From Nitrospinales bacterium (GTDB taxonomy: Bacteria; Nitrospinota; Nitrospinia; Nitrospinales; VA-1): a stretch of DNA of 64,000 nucleotides. A program made the translations under genes and the position numbers. The notes under the pieces were generated by a model. The model saw nothing but the letters and a program-made list of their open reading frames with translations, did no database searches and was not told where the DNA came from. Shown one piece after another: positions 44,681-54,993 of this stretch; position 1 is the first letter of the stretch; each line of letters begins with the position of its first letter. The stretch covers positions 480,001 to 544,000 of the forward strand of contig CBDCWG010000012.1 in assembly GCA_965223345.1 (NCBI GenBank), written 5' to 3'.

Positions 44681-45487
44681 TCACCGTAAAGCGACTGTGG
44701 ATCGCGCCAGCTCTTCAAGCGTCTGCCGCCCCTGTTCGAGCAACGCGGGTTCCGTGTCCTTTTGCGCGTACAACTGAAACACCAGCACGTCTTTTTGCAG
44801 CGGGATTCCATACAGGGCACGGGTTTCTCCGGCGATGCGGAATTCACCGCGATAGAGCGCCGCTGTGTCTGTAAAGGGCTCTTCGGTCACGGTCAGCGAG
44901 CCTTTGCGGGCGGGGGGATGAAACTCCGGGAACACCTCAAGATACGATTTGACCAGATTCTCGGGAACCGGGTTGAAGGTATCGTATTTCCAGGTGCGGA
45001 ACAGCCGGACCAATTGCCCCCTGGAGGTGGAAGCGGCCAGGATGTTCATTTTCCCGGATGCGTGACGGAATCCGATGTCCACCTTGAAGATGTACTTGCG
45101 TTTGGGCGGCACGATTCTGGGAAGCCGGTCGCGGCTGAAGTCGGTGCGGTTTCGATCGCGGCGGTATCGGTGGTATTCCTCCAGCGGCTTGGGCTGCTCG
45201 ACGCGAAAGCCGAAATCCCGGTTGTAGGTCCAGGCGTCGGGATCGATCTGCCAGGCGGCGCCGGGAAGGAAGAACGCGTAGCCGCGGAAATCCTGCACGA
45301 AGCGGTTCGCTTCGATTTTTGTTGTCGAACAGGCGGACAGCGCAGCCACAATCAGCAGCACGCCCAATCCCGCCCGTATCGCTGTTTTCCAGAGAGGCCG
45401 CGCACAGCCACGCGCTTTCTGCGCAACCTGCGGCCGAGTGCGGGCATTGATGAGAGCGGGGCTGGGAAGGATCGCAAGTCGTTTCAT
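44681..45487 (-). CDS. Hypothetical lipoprotein
   Basis: Lipobox LSAC after a hydrophobic stretch; start uncertain. Confidence 0.6.
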   Translation of the reverse strand: MKRLAILPSPALINARTRPQVAQKARGCARPLWKTAIRAGLGVLLIVAALSACSTTKIEANRFVQDFRGYAFFLPGAAWQIDPDAWTYNRDFGFRVEQPKPLEEYHRYRRDRNRTDFSRDRLPRIVPPKRKYIFKVDIGFRHASGKMNILAASTSRGQLVRLFRTWKYDTFNPVPENLVKSYLEVFPEFHPPARKGSLTVTEEPFTDTAALYRGEFRIAGETRALYGIPLQKDVLVFQLYAQKDTEPALLEQGRQTLEELARSTVALR

Positions 45488-45897
45488 GAGGACGCGTCCA
45501 TGGTATCAAGGCCTGAGAGAAACGCAACGGTTTCGCGGCCCCTGCATCCGGCCGCAGGTCACAAAGCCGGCGGTCTGCCGCCTGGGATGGGGCACCGTTC
45601 GCTTTTAGAATCATTTTCGCTTGTGCGGCTTTTTCAGGAGCCGCGTCCCGGGGATGGAAACGGTCTTTTCCGCAGTGTGAAATCCACCCTCTCCGGCCCG
45701 TAAACCATTGATAACAATTGACTCTCACCCCAATATCCGCTACCCTATAAATACCTTTCCCTTCTTTGTATGTTCAAAAGGTGTGCGGTGTTCCCCTCGT
45801 TTTTTGAGGAAGCGATTGTTGCAAAGCAGTCTCCCCGATGAGGGCCGACGCCGTGCGATGGCAATGAGCGGTTTTTTTCTTTTTTCCGGATTTTTCG

Positions 45898-46359
45898 ATG
45901 CGAACAGCTAACGGCGAACCTGTGATTCTGGTGGTGGAAGACAGCGAGGTCGATTATGAAACCACGCTGCGCGCCTTCCGGGCGGCAGGGGTGAAAAAAG
46001 GCCTGCACCACTGTGCCGACGGCGAGCAGGCTCTGGATTATCTTTACCGGCGCGGAGAATACGCCGCCCCCAACAGCGCACCGGTGCCCGACCTGATCCT
46101 GCTGGACCTCAACCTTCCGGGAACGGACGGCATCAAGGTGATCGAAGAGATCAAGGGCGACCCGAAGCTGCGCGGCATCCCCGTCATCATTCTGTCCACC
46201 TCTTCGCTCATCAGGGACATCGACGCCTCGTATCGGGCCGGAGCCAATGCGTACATCAACAAGCCGTTAACGCTTGAGGAATTCTACGACACCATCCAGG
46301 CGTTCAAGGAGTTCTGGATCAACCGCGCCCTGCTGCCCACCGAGGAGTTGCAACCATGA
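45898..46359 (+). CDS. Single-domain response regulator (Rcp1-like)
   Basis: VVEDS, PDLILLDLNLPG, IPVIILSTS and GANAYINKP...FW motifs. Confidence 0.9.
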   Translation: MRTANGEPVILVVEDSEVDYETTLRAFRAAGVKKGLHHCADGEQALDYLYRRGEYAAPNSAPVPDLILLDLNLPGTDGIKVIEEIKGDPKLRGIPVIILSTSSLIRDIDASYRAGANAYINKPLTLEEFYDTIQAFKEFWINRALLPTEELQP

Positions 46360-47399
46360 ACGCGAGGAACGCTCCGATCAAATTATTGCTGATCGACGAC
46401 ACGGGTGAAGACCGGCTGCTGTACCGCCGTTTGATCAGCCAGGGTGCGTTCCAGGATTGCGAAATCATCGAAAGCGTCACGGGTGAGCAAGGCCTGAGCC
46501 GCTGCCTGGAACAAAAGCCGGATTGTGTGCTGATCGATTACCGCCTGCCGGACCTCGACGGTTTGCAGCTTCTTTCCCGCCTGCGAACGCATTCGTTTGC
46601 GGGAGCGCTGATCATGGTCACCGGCCAGGGGGACGAAACCGTGGCGGTTCAGGCCATGAAAGAAGGGGCGGAGGATTACCTGATCAAAGACAACCTCACG
46701 GTGGAGAGCCTGCAGGCGACCATCACCAAAGCGCTGAAATGCCACAAACTGCAGGAAGCCAAGAAGCGGGCGGAGGAAAAACTCAAGGAGTACACGGCGA
46801 AACTTAAGGAAAGCAACGAATCCAAAGACAGCCTGATCCGGGAGCTCACAAAGCTCAGGAACGATCTGGAGATCTTCGCAAAAACCGATCCGCTGACCGG
46901 GCTTTTCAACCGCCGTGAAATGGAGGAGAAACTGCGCTACGAGAAAATCCGCTTCGAACGCTCGCGCAAACCCTTCTCGCTGATCCTGGCCGACATCGAC
47001 CATTTCAAGAAAATCAACGACACGCACGGCCACGCAGCGGGAGACCGGGTTCTGCAATACGTCGCGGACACGTTCCGGGCCCAGTCCCGCAAGCAGGACG
47101 TGGTGTGCCGCTGGGGCGGCGAGGAATTCATCATCTTCCTTCCGGAAACCCATCTCGAAGGCGCCATCGTTCTGGCCAACAAACTCCGTTCGCACCTCGC
47201 ATCCCAGCAGATCGACGCGCAAACCCATCCCCTGTCCATCACTCTGAGTTTCGGGGTCAGCACCTACAACAACGACCGCCTGACCGTCGAAGGTTTGATC
47301 AAGGAAGCGGACGATTGTCTGTACCAGGCCAAGCGGAAGGGGCGCAATTCCCTGATCTACGTCTCCCACGTCCACAAATTGATGGAAAACTGCGCCTGA
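46356..47399 (+). CDS. REC-GGDEF diguanylate cyclase
   Basis: REC domain, TDPLTGLFNRR, DIDHFKKIND, I-site RKQD, RWGGEEF and YQAKRKGRN. Confidence 0.93.
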   Translation: MNARNAPIKLLLIDDTGEDRLLYRRLISQGAFQDCEIIESVTGEQGLSRCLEQKPDCVLIDYRLPDLDGLQLLSRLRTHSFAGALIMVTGQGDETVAVQAMKEGAEDYLIKDNLTVESLQATITKALKCHKLQEAKKRAEEKLKEYTAKLKESNESKDSLIRELTKLRNDLEIFAKTDPLTGLFNRREMEEKLRYEKIRFERSRKPFSLILADIDHFKKINDTHGHAAGDRVLQYVADTFRAQSRKQDVVCRWGGEEFIIFLPETHLEGAIVLANKLRSHLASQQIDAQTHPLSITLSFGVSTYNNDRLTVEGLIKEADDCLYQAKRKGRNSLIYVSHVHKLMENCA

Positions 47400-47543
47400 G
47401 CCGCACCCCGTTTCAATCGCCTCCCCATCTATAGAACTCTTTAAATTCGAATATTTATAGGCATACCGGTGCGCGCGCCGGCACGCGCGCAGAGATCGAA
47501 CAGCTGTGCCCCATCCTCCACCAAAGCATAAGCATTTGAAATA

Positions 47544-47571
47544 TTGACAATTTCCAGCCCGATGGTACAAT
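47544..47571 (+). promoter_or_regulatory. Sigma70 promoter
   Basis: TTGACA-N16-TACAAT with an extended -10 TG, ~50 nt upstream of ORF 47623. Confidence 0.6.
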
Positions 47572-47622
47572 TAACTACACCCTTTCTTTCATTGTATAAA
47601 TAAAACCAGGGGAATTCCCGCA

Positions 47623-48627
47623 ATGAATCTCAATCACGCACCCCAGAGAACCGTGGCAGAAAAACCGACTGTCAAACTGCTGATCGTGGATGACAATTCC
47701 GAAGACAGGGAAACCTACAAGCGCCTTGTGCGGAATTCGAAAGAAGCCGAATTTTCCTTTCTGGAATCGGACACGGGGGAAAAAGGCCTCGATCTTTGTC
47801 TGCGGGAAAAACCCGATTGCGTTCTTCTCGATTACATCCTTCCCGATACCGACGGTCTGGAGTTCATCGCATCGCTCAAAGAAATGTCCCGGGCGCTGCC
47901 GGTGATCATGCTCACGGGACAGGGGGACGAGACGGTGGCGGTGCTGGCGATGAAGGAAGGGGCGGAAGACTATCTGGTGAAGGAGCACATCACGTCTTCG
48001 CTGTTGAAGACAACTATCTTCAAATCCTTGAGGTACAACGGCAAGGGCCGCAACGGCCCGCATCCCCAGGGCGCCCGCCCCAGCCCCAGCAACGGGGAGC
48101 CGGAATCGAACGACACGCCCACGAATGAAAAAGCGCTGATTTCCGAAATCCAGTTCCTGAAGAAAAAACTCGAGCAAGGCACTTCCGATCCGGTGACGGG
48201 CCTGCCCAATCGCAACGGCATGACAGAAAAGCTGCATTCCGAAAGGGTGCGCTACGAACGCAACCGCATGCCCTTCTCCATGATCGTGGCGGACATCGAC
48301 GATTTCGCGCTGTTGCAGGCGAAACACGGTCCGGAAACCGCAGACGGGATCCTCGTGCAGGTGGCGGACATTCTGAAGAACTCCTGCCGCGAACTGGACA
48401 TGGTCGGACGCTGGGATGGCGAACGCTTTCTCATCCTGTTGCCCGAGACCAATATGGAAGGCGGCTCGGTGCTGGCGGAAAAGTATTGCCAGCAGATCGA
48501 ATCGCAGAAATTCGTGTTCAAGAAACAGGAAATCCCGCTCAGCATGAGCTTTCGCGTCGGGGTTTTCGACGACCCCCGCCTGAAAATGGAGGATTGCATC
48601 CAGCAGATGGATGTGCGCTTCCATTGA
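47623..48627 (+). CDS. REC plus degenerate GGDEF protein
   Basis: REC closely similar to the preceding gene; DPVTGLPNR, RELD I-site retained, active site reads RWDGERF, C-terminus shortened. Confidence 0.85.
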   Translation: MNLNHAPQRTVAEKPTVKLLIVDDNSEDRETYKRLVRNSKEAEFSFLESDTGEKGLDLCLREKPDCVLLDYILPDTDGLEFIASLKEMSRALPVIMLTGQGDETVAVLAMKEGAEDYLVKEHITSSLLKTTIFKSLRYNGKGRNGPHPQGARPSPSNGEPESNDTPTNEKALISEIQFLKKKLEQGTSDPVTGLPNRNGMTEKLHSERVRYERNRMPFSMIVADIDDFALLQAKHGPETADGILVQVADILKNSCRELDMVGRWDGERFLILLPETNMEGGSVLAEKYCQQIESQKFVFKKQEIPLSMSFRVGVFDDPRLKMEDCIQQMDVRFH

Positions 48628-48917
48628 TTGCACTGCGCCGCTCCCGCTGACAGGCGTCCCTCCCCGCACGCAATTGGCAATGCATCCCCCTTTCGCCGAT
48701 TTTTTGCCCCCTCCGCAGGCCCGATTCGAAACGCTCTGAATTTCCGTCCCTTGTCTGAATTCCCGCCGGTCGCCCTTTTTTCCTGACCCCTTCCTGTTTC
48801 GCTCTTCCGATGAAATCGCCCTCTTTTTGTCTCACCAGCAGCCCCAAATTTCATCTAATTACTTGTTTTTTATAGATATTTATGGCCTAATGGAGATTCA
48901 TCCCAATTAAAAAAAAT

Positions 48918-50558
48918 ATGGCCAGGGCGAAACCCATGAGCGAATTAAAGTCATTTTCCGTACCCCATACGCGGGGCAGCATCCTCACCAACCGCCTGTT
49001 TATGGTGGGTCTTTTGTGGACGGCGGTGATTCTGGCGATCGACCTTTCCGCCCCCCTGGGGGTGGCCGGTGGGGTGCCCTATGTCGGCCTGGTTCTGCTG
49101 AGCCTGTGGCTGCCGCAAAAGTGGTACATCAATTTCGCCGCGCTGGGCGCCACGCTTCTCAACGTCATCGCGTTTTTCAAATCGTACACTCCGTCCGCCG
49201 ATCTGCTCATCGTGCTGTCCAACCGCTTCATCGCGGTCTTCGCCATCTGGGTGACGGCGCTGCTCTGCTATCTGTACAAGCGCGACGAGGAAACGCTGGA
49301 AGTGCGCACGCGGGAGCTGGGAGAAACGCTGAAAACCGTGGAGCAGATGAACATCCAGCTCAAGGAAGCCAACCAAGAGCGCAGCCGTTTTTTGTCCTCG
49401 ATGAGCCATGAGCTCAGGACGCCGTTGAACGCGATTCTGGGATTCGCCGACCTGTTGAATGGAAAATTTTTCGGTAGCCTCAACGAAAAGCAGCTGGGCT
49501 ACGTCAACCAGATCGAGAAAAGCGGCAAGCATCTTCTGGATCTGATCAACGATCTGTTGGACATCGCGAAAATCGACGCCGGCGCCACCGAACTCAATCT
49601 GGAGGAATTCGAACCCAAGGAATTTCTGCTGGGATCGGTGACGCTGATGCAGCCGCAATTCAAGAAAAAGGACCTGCAGGTCAAACTGTTTCTCGATCCT
49701 TCGCTGAACTCGCTGACCGGCGACAGGCGGCGCTGCAATCAGATCATGCTCAACCTGCTTTCCAACGCTTACAAATACACGCCGGAAGGCGGACGCATCG
49801 AGGTGCGCGTCCTCAACAAAGGCAACACCGCCAAATTCCTGATTTCTGACACCGGCATCGGCATTCCGCCGGAGCAGCAGGAAAACATCTTTTCCGAGTT
49901 TCACCAGGCGGACCGGGAACGCGATGAAAATCTCGGCGGCACCGGCATCGGGCTCGCCCTGACGCGCAGGCTGGTGGAATTTCACGGCGGCCAGATCGGC
50001 GTCGAAAGTGAACTGGAAAAAGGCAGCACCTTCTGGTTCACGCTGCCTGTGAACGAGCAGGCAACGCAAAAAGACGCGTCCAAGGAGGAAACCGCCAAAC
50101 TGAACGATTCGGCCGTGTCCGGGAAACGCATCCTTGTGGTCGAGGACAACGACGTCAACCTCGCCATGATCCTCGATATGCTGAGCATCTTCGAGTTCAA
50201 GGTGATCGTGGCCCGCAACGGTCAGGAGGCCCTGGATCTCACCACGGCCAACAAACCGGACCTGATCCTCATGGACATCCGCATGCCCGTCATGGACGGC
50301 CTGGAAGCGACCCGCCGCTTGCGGGCGCAGCCGGAATTCGAAAAGCTGCCGATCCTGGCGCTCACCGCCAGTGCCGGACAGGAAGGCAGGGAGCGCTGCC
50401 TGGAAGCGGGATGCACGGCGCACCTCACCAAACCGATCCAGTCCAAGGAACTGTTCGATGCGATGTCCAAATATCTGGGGCAGGACATCACCACCGATAT
50501 GGTCCTGCATCCGGTGAAGAAGCAGGACGCTGCGGAAACCGAAGAAGTGAACTCCTAA
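48918..50558 (+). CDS. Membrane hybrid histidine kinase-REC
   Basis: TM helices, FLSSMSHELRTPLN, GGTGIGL and DLILMDIRMPVMDG. Confidence 0.92.
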   Translation: MARAKPMSELKSFSVPHTRGSILTNRLFMVGLLWTAVILAIDLSAPLGVAGGVPYVGLVLLSLWLPQKWYINFAALGATLLNVIAFFKSYTPSADLLIVLSNRFIAVFAIWVTALLCYLYKRDEETLEVRTRELGETLKTVEQMNIQLKEANQERSRFLSSMSHELRTPLNAILGFADLLNGKFFGSLNEKQLGYVNQIEKSGKHLLDLINDLLDIAKIDAGATELNLEEFEPKEFLLGSVTLMQPQFKKKDLQVKLFLDPSLNSLTGDRRRCNQIMLNLLSNAYKYTPEGGRIEVRVLNKGNTAKFLISDTGIGIPPEQQENIFSEFHQADRERDENLGGTGIGLALTRRLVEFHGGQIGVESELEKGSTFWFTLPVNEQATQKDASKEETAKLNDSAVSGKRILVVEDNDVNLAMILDMLSIFEFKVIVARNGQEALDLTTANKPDLILMDIRMPVMDGLEATRRLRAQPEFEKLPILALTASAGQEGRERCLEAGCTAHLTKPIQSKELFDAMSKYLGQDITTDMVLHPVKKQDAAETEEVNS

Positions 50559-50583
50559 ACGAAAGACCGAGGAAACAACCCGG

Positions 50584-51714
50584 ATGCTTTATTCGCCGAC
50601 ACCTTCGAACCACGACCTTCCCCTGAAAAAAGAACAAGGGACCGCCAAAGGCAAACCCGCCCGGCAGACGATCCTGATCGTGGACGATTCGGAAGCCAAC
50701 CGCATGGTTCTCAACGATCAGATCTTTGCTCTGGGGCACACGCCGGTGCTCGCGGAAAACGGTCTTTCGGCGTTGAGCAAAATCTCGGAAAATCCGCCGA
50801 GCCTCATCCTGCTGGATGTGATGATGCCGGAGATGAACGGCATCGAGGTGCTGGACCGCCTGAAACGGGACAGCCAGTTGTGCCACATCCCCGTGATCAT
50901 GGTCTCGGCACTGGATCAGATGAACAGCATCGTCCACTGCATCCAGAACGGCGCCTTGGACTACCTGGTCAAACCCTTCAACCCGACGCTGCTGAAAGCC
51001 CGGATCAACGCGGCGCTCGCCAGCAAGCAGTTGCACGACCAGGAACAGGCCTACCGGAAAAAAATCGAAAGCTACAACGTCCTGCTGGAACAGAAAGTGC
51101 GGGAGCGCACCCGGGAACTGGAGGAAACGCGGCTGGAAGTGGTGCACCGGCTGGGCCGTGCGGCGGAATACCGCGACTACGAAACGGGAATGCACGTCGT
51201 GCGCATGAGCCATCTCTGCCGCCTGCTCGGGCGAGCGGCGGGTCTGGACGAAAAGCAATGCCAGCTGCTCATGCTCGCCAGCCCCATGCACGATATCGGC
51301 AAGATCGGCATCCCGGACCAGATCCTGCTAAAGCCGGACAAGCTGAACGATGAGGAATGGGAAATCATGAAAACCCACACCACCATCGGCGGCAAGATCC
51401 TCGACGGCGGCCGCTCGGAACTGATGAAGATGGCGAGAACCATCGCGCTGACCCATCAGGAAAAATGGGACGGCAGCGGCTACCCGGCCGGGCTCAAAGA
51501 AAAAGAAATCCCGCTGGTGGGGCGCATTTCGGCGGTGTGCGACGTGTTCGACGCGCTGACTTCCGAGAGACCGTATAAAAAAGCCTTTTCCGTCGAATCC
51601 TCGATCCAGGTGATGCAACAGGGCCGGGCGCAGCATTTCGATCCCAAACTGTTCGATCTGTTCAAGGAAAACCTCCCACTCATGGTGGAGGTGATCAAGA
51701 AATACCGCGATTGA
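50584..51714 (+). CDS. REC-HD-GYP c-di-GMP phosphodiesterase (RpfG-like)
   Basis: REC domain, ETGMHV, MHDIGKIGIPD, HQEKWDGSGYP and DVFDALTSERPYK. Confidence 0.93.
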   Translation: MLYSPTPSNHDLPLKKEQGTAKGKPARQTILIVDDSEANRMVLNDQIFALGHTPVLAENGLSALSKISENPPSLILLDVMMPEMNGIEVLDRLKRDSQLCHIPVIMVSALDQMNSIVHCIQNGALDYLVKPFNPTLLKARINAALASKQLHDQEQAYRKKIESYNVLLEQKVRERTRELEETRLEVVHRLGRAAEYRDYETGMHVVRMSHLCRLLGRAAGLDEKQCQLLMLASPMHDIGKIGIPDQILLKPDKLNDEEWEIMKTHTTIGGKILDGGRSELMKMARTIALTHQEKWDGSGYPAGLKEKEIPLVGRISAVCDVFDALTSERPYKKAFSVESSIQVMQQGRAQHFDPKLFDLFKENLPLMVEVIKKYRD

Positions 51715-51789
51715 CAAACGGGACACACCGTCCCGTCCGCAACGATTTTTTGCAGCCTGCTCACTCCTCTTGCACGGGTTGTGAATGTG

Positions 51790-51820
51790 AAAGGCCCCCG
51801 GGTTTTCCCGGGGGCCTTTT
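51790..51820 (+). terminator. Rho-independent terminator
   Basis: AAAGGCCCCCGGG-TTTT-CCCGGGGGCCTTTT downstream of the HD-GYP gene. Confidence 0.85.
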
Positions 51821-51933
51821 ATCTTGTGCCCGCCCTGCAACTAACACTACCTTTGCAGGCGGGGATGGGATACACTTTGGGCATGTTTCACCGGCCGTTT
51901 TTGTCAACCGCATCCAACCGGAAGAACAAACCC

Positions 51934-52404
51934 ATGTCCGTCTGGATCCCGCTCGCCCTGGTTCTCGGACTGCTGCTGGTTGTGCTGACCGGCTGCACGG
52001 GGAGCCCGCCGGCGACGCTCGGCACGTTTGCGGATTGCCCCGATTCGCCCAATTGCGTCTCCACGAAAGCCAAAGACGAAGCCCACGGCGTCCCGCCCAT
52101 TGAGACATCCCTCACGAAAAAGGAAACGCAAAAACGGATCCTCGACATCATCGCCTCCCTGCCCCGCACCCACGTGGTGACCCAGAGCGAAGACTACCTG
52201 CACGTGGAATTCACGTCGCTGCTGTTCCGTTTCGTGGACGATGTGGAGTTCTTTTTCGCCGAGGAAAACGGCAAGATTCACTTCCGCTCCGCCTCACGCC
52301 TCGGCCGTTCCGATCTGGGGGTCAACCGCAAGCGCATGGAAGGCATCCGCGAGCGCTTTGCCACCGCTTCCGAAAATCCGCCGGACGAATCGACAACATC
52401 TTAA
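51934..52404 (+). CDS. DUF1499 lipoprotein
   Basis: Lipobox LTGC, CPDSPNCVS, FRFVDDVEF and RSASRLGRSDLGVNRKR. Confidence 0.88.
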   Translation: MSVWIPLALVLGLLLVVLTGCTGSPPATLGTFADCPDSPNCVSTKAKDEAHGVPPIETSLTKKETQKRILDIIASLPRTHVVTQSEDYLHVEFTSLLFRFVDDVEFFFAEENGKIHFRSASRLGRSDLGVNRKRMEGIRERFATASENPPDESTTS

Positions 52405-52511
52405 TCTTCAACGGCATCCGCCGCATCCGGGTTTCCCTCGGGCGCGAAATGGGCTAGACTTGCACCTCCCGTTCTATTTGATAACAATCGCTATGTTCAG
52501 GAGACGTTTCC

Positions 52512-54122
52512 ATGGAAAAGACCGCACTCGTCGATTGGTCCGAACTTGAGGACCGGGTTCCCGCCTACGGGCTGGTGGCCAATGTGGATCTCGTCATCGT
52601 GCGCCACGACGATGCCGTTTCGGTTTTCTACGGCCGCTGCCCGCACCGGGGGGCCCTGCTGGCGGACGGATCCGTGCAGGGCGAGAACCTGATCTGCGGC
52701 GTGCACAGCTGGGATTTCCGTTACGACACGGGCATCAGCGAATACAACAACGAGGAACAGCTGGAGAAGTTCAAAGCCTGGGTCGAAGACGGCAAGGTTT
52801 ATGTGGACGCGGCCGAAATCGCCGCCTGGGAGAAGGAGCACCCGCAGGCCTACGACCGCGACGCCTACCAGGGCCTGTACGCGGACCACACCGGCACGGA
52901 CGCGGAACCGCATGTGAACTTCATTCAGAAACTGGCCAGAGAGGGCCTGTCGAAAACCGGCGAGCACGGTCCGGTCGCGGCCATGGGCGTCTCGCACGAA
53001 GAGCTGCCCTCCTGGGACGACATCCAGGTGCTGACCGCGCAGGTCGCCCGCCTGCCGCTGCTGGAAGAACACGCGGTGGGGACGGAGGTGGTCATCGGCC
53101 CCAACGCCCAAAAACCGCTCAAGCTGGACATCCCGCTGCTGGTCTCCGACATGAGCTTCGGCGCGCTGTCCCTGGAAGCCAAGGTGGCGCTGGCGAAAGG
53201 GGCCGATCGTGCGGGCACCGGCATCTGCTCGGGAGAAGGGGGCATGCTGCCGGAGGAACAGGCGGCCAACAGCCGTTATTTTTACGAGCTGGCCTCGGGG
53301 CGCTTCGGTTTTTCCATGGACAAGGTGAAAAAATGCCAGGCCTTTCATTTCAAGGGCGGTCAGGGCGCCAAAACCGGCACCGGCGGGCACCTTCCCGGCT
53401 GCAAGGTCGATGCAAAAATCGCTTCGGTGCGCGGGCTTAAGGAAGGGGAACCGGCTGTGTCGCCGGCGCGGTTTCCCGACTGGGAGCACGAGAGCGATTA
53501 CCGCGATTTTGCAGATAAGGTGCGTTCGGAAACCGGCGGCATTCCCATCGGCTTCAAACTGTCGGCCCAGCACATCGAAGCGGACATCGACGCCGCGCTG
53601 CGCATCGGAGTCGATTACATCATCCTGGATGGCCGCGGCGGCGGCACGGGCGCGGCGCCGCTGATCTTCCGCGATCACATCTCGGTGCCCACAATCCCGG
53701 CACTGGCGCGGGCGCGCCGGCACCTGGACACTTTGGGGCGCAAGGACATCTCGCTTGTCATCACGGGCGGGCTGCGCACCCCGGCGGACTTCCTCAAAGC
53801 CCTGGCGCTGGGGGCGGATGCGGTGGCGGTCTCCAACGCGGCGCTGCAGGCGATCGGCTGTCTGGGCATGCGCGCCTGCCACACCAACAACTGCCCGGTG
53901 GGCATCGCGACGCAGCGCAAGGATCTGCGGGCCCGGTTGATCGTGGACGAATCGGCAGAGCGGCTCGCCCGTTTTTTCCACGCGGCTGTGGAACTGATGC
54001 AGGTTCTGTGCAGGGCGTGCGGGCACGATCACTTCAGCAAGATGTGCCCGAACGATCTGACCACCTTCAAAAAAGAAATGGCCGACCTTTCCGGCATCGC
54101 GTTCGGAGGCGTGGGCTCCTGA
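52512..54122 (+). CDS. Rieske [2Fe-2S] - glutamate synthase FMN-domain fusion
   Basis: CPHRG...CGVH (Rieske); DMSFGALS, SGEGG, GQGAKTG, DGRGGGTGA and CLGMRACHTNNCPVG (GltB FMN/3Fe-4S domain). Confidence 0.88.
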   Translation: MEKTALVDWSELEDRVPAYGLVANVDLVIVRHDDAVSVFYGRCPHRGALLADGSVQGENLICGVHSWDFRYDTGISEYNNEEQLEKFKAWVEDGKVYVDAAEIAAWEKEHPQAYDRDAYQGLYADHTGTDAEPHVNFIQKLAREGLSKTGEHGPVAAMGVSHEELPSWDDIQVLTAQVARLPLLEEHAVGTEVVIGPNAQKPLKLDIPLLVSDMSFGALSLEAKVALAKGADRAGTGICSGEGGMLPEEQAANSRYFYELASGRFGFSMDKVKKCQAFHFKGGQGAKTGTGGHLPGCKVDAKIASVRGLKEGEPAVSPARFPDWEHESDYRDFADKVRSETGGIPIGFKLSAQHIEADIDAALRIGVDYIILDGRGGGTGAAPLIFRDHISVPTIPALARARRHLDTLGRKDISLVITGGLRTPADFLKALALGADAVAVSNAALQAIGCLGMRACHTNNCPVGIATQRKDLRARLIVDESAERLARFFHAAVELMQVLCRACGHDHFSKMCPNDLTTFKKEMADLSGIAFGGVGS

Positions 54123-54473
54123 CGGAGCCCGGCGTTTTCGCCGCCGAGCTTTTCCCCGTTTCAGCAAACATCCGACACACTGCGTTTCACAAAATCGATT
54201 TGTGTGACGCACCTCACACGCCCGTTGTTGCGATCGACGGCGTTCTCTTCCTTATGAAACAACGCTTGCGAGAAAAAAATTCGTTGCGCTGAAAAAATTT
54301 TAATTTTTTTCTTGCGCTTTGCGCCCAAACGCGCAACATTTGTTGTTACCACTTACAATTAATTTATGACCATCGGGGCCGCTTTCGTTTTTCCGCTCTG
54401 TGTTGTTTCGTGTGACGCTGGCGCGCAGGATGGGTTCCGAAGGTCCTTCCAATTCCAGAGGAAGGGGTCTGTG

Positions 54474-54671
54474 ATGAAACATACCGAAAAAGATTTTCTC
54501 TGCCCGTTTTGCAACGAACCGATGTCGCAGGTGCTGAACTTATCCGTGAACGGGCAAATCTGCACCGAATACTGTGAGATCTGCAACCATCGTTTCGCGG
54601 TCCGCTACAGCGTGCGCAACGGCAAGGTCGCCGAGTTCAAGGCGCAGCCATATTATTCCAACGTGGCGTGA
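54474..54671 (+). CDS. Small cysteine-rich (CPxC / CxxC) protein, CPXCG-like family
   Basis: CPFCNE...EYCEICNH in 65 aa; purine-rich RBS. Confidence 0.7.
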   Translation: MKHTEKDFLCPFCNEPMSQVLNLSVNGQICTEYCEICNHRFAVRYSVRNGKVAEFKAQPYYSNVA

Positions 54672-54993
54672 CCGGGGCCGCGACCCCTTTTTAGAAAAAC
54701 AAACGACCCGCATCGGCAACGGTTTCCGAACCGATTCGGGCGCATTCGGGTTTTACAGGCCGGCAATCGATTGCCGGATTTGGGCGTGAACGGCAGGCCG
54801 GGGAACGGATTCCTCCCGCGCCTCGCCCTTTGCGGGCTCCGAACCACCTGTGACCACCCCGCTTTCCGCCGCCCCCGCTCTTTCTTCAACCTGCTGATTG
54901 TCCAGCCCTTCCCCCATTATTTTCATCCCTTTTCGAGCGCAATCGTACTAAAATAGCCCTGTTCCCCACCCGCGCACCCTGCCCTGGAACGTT

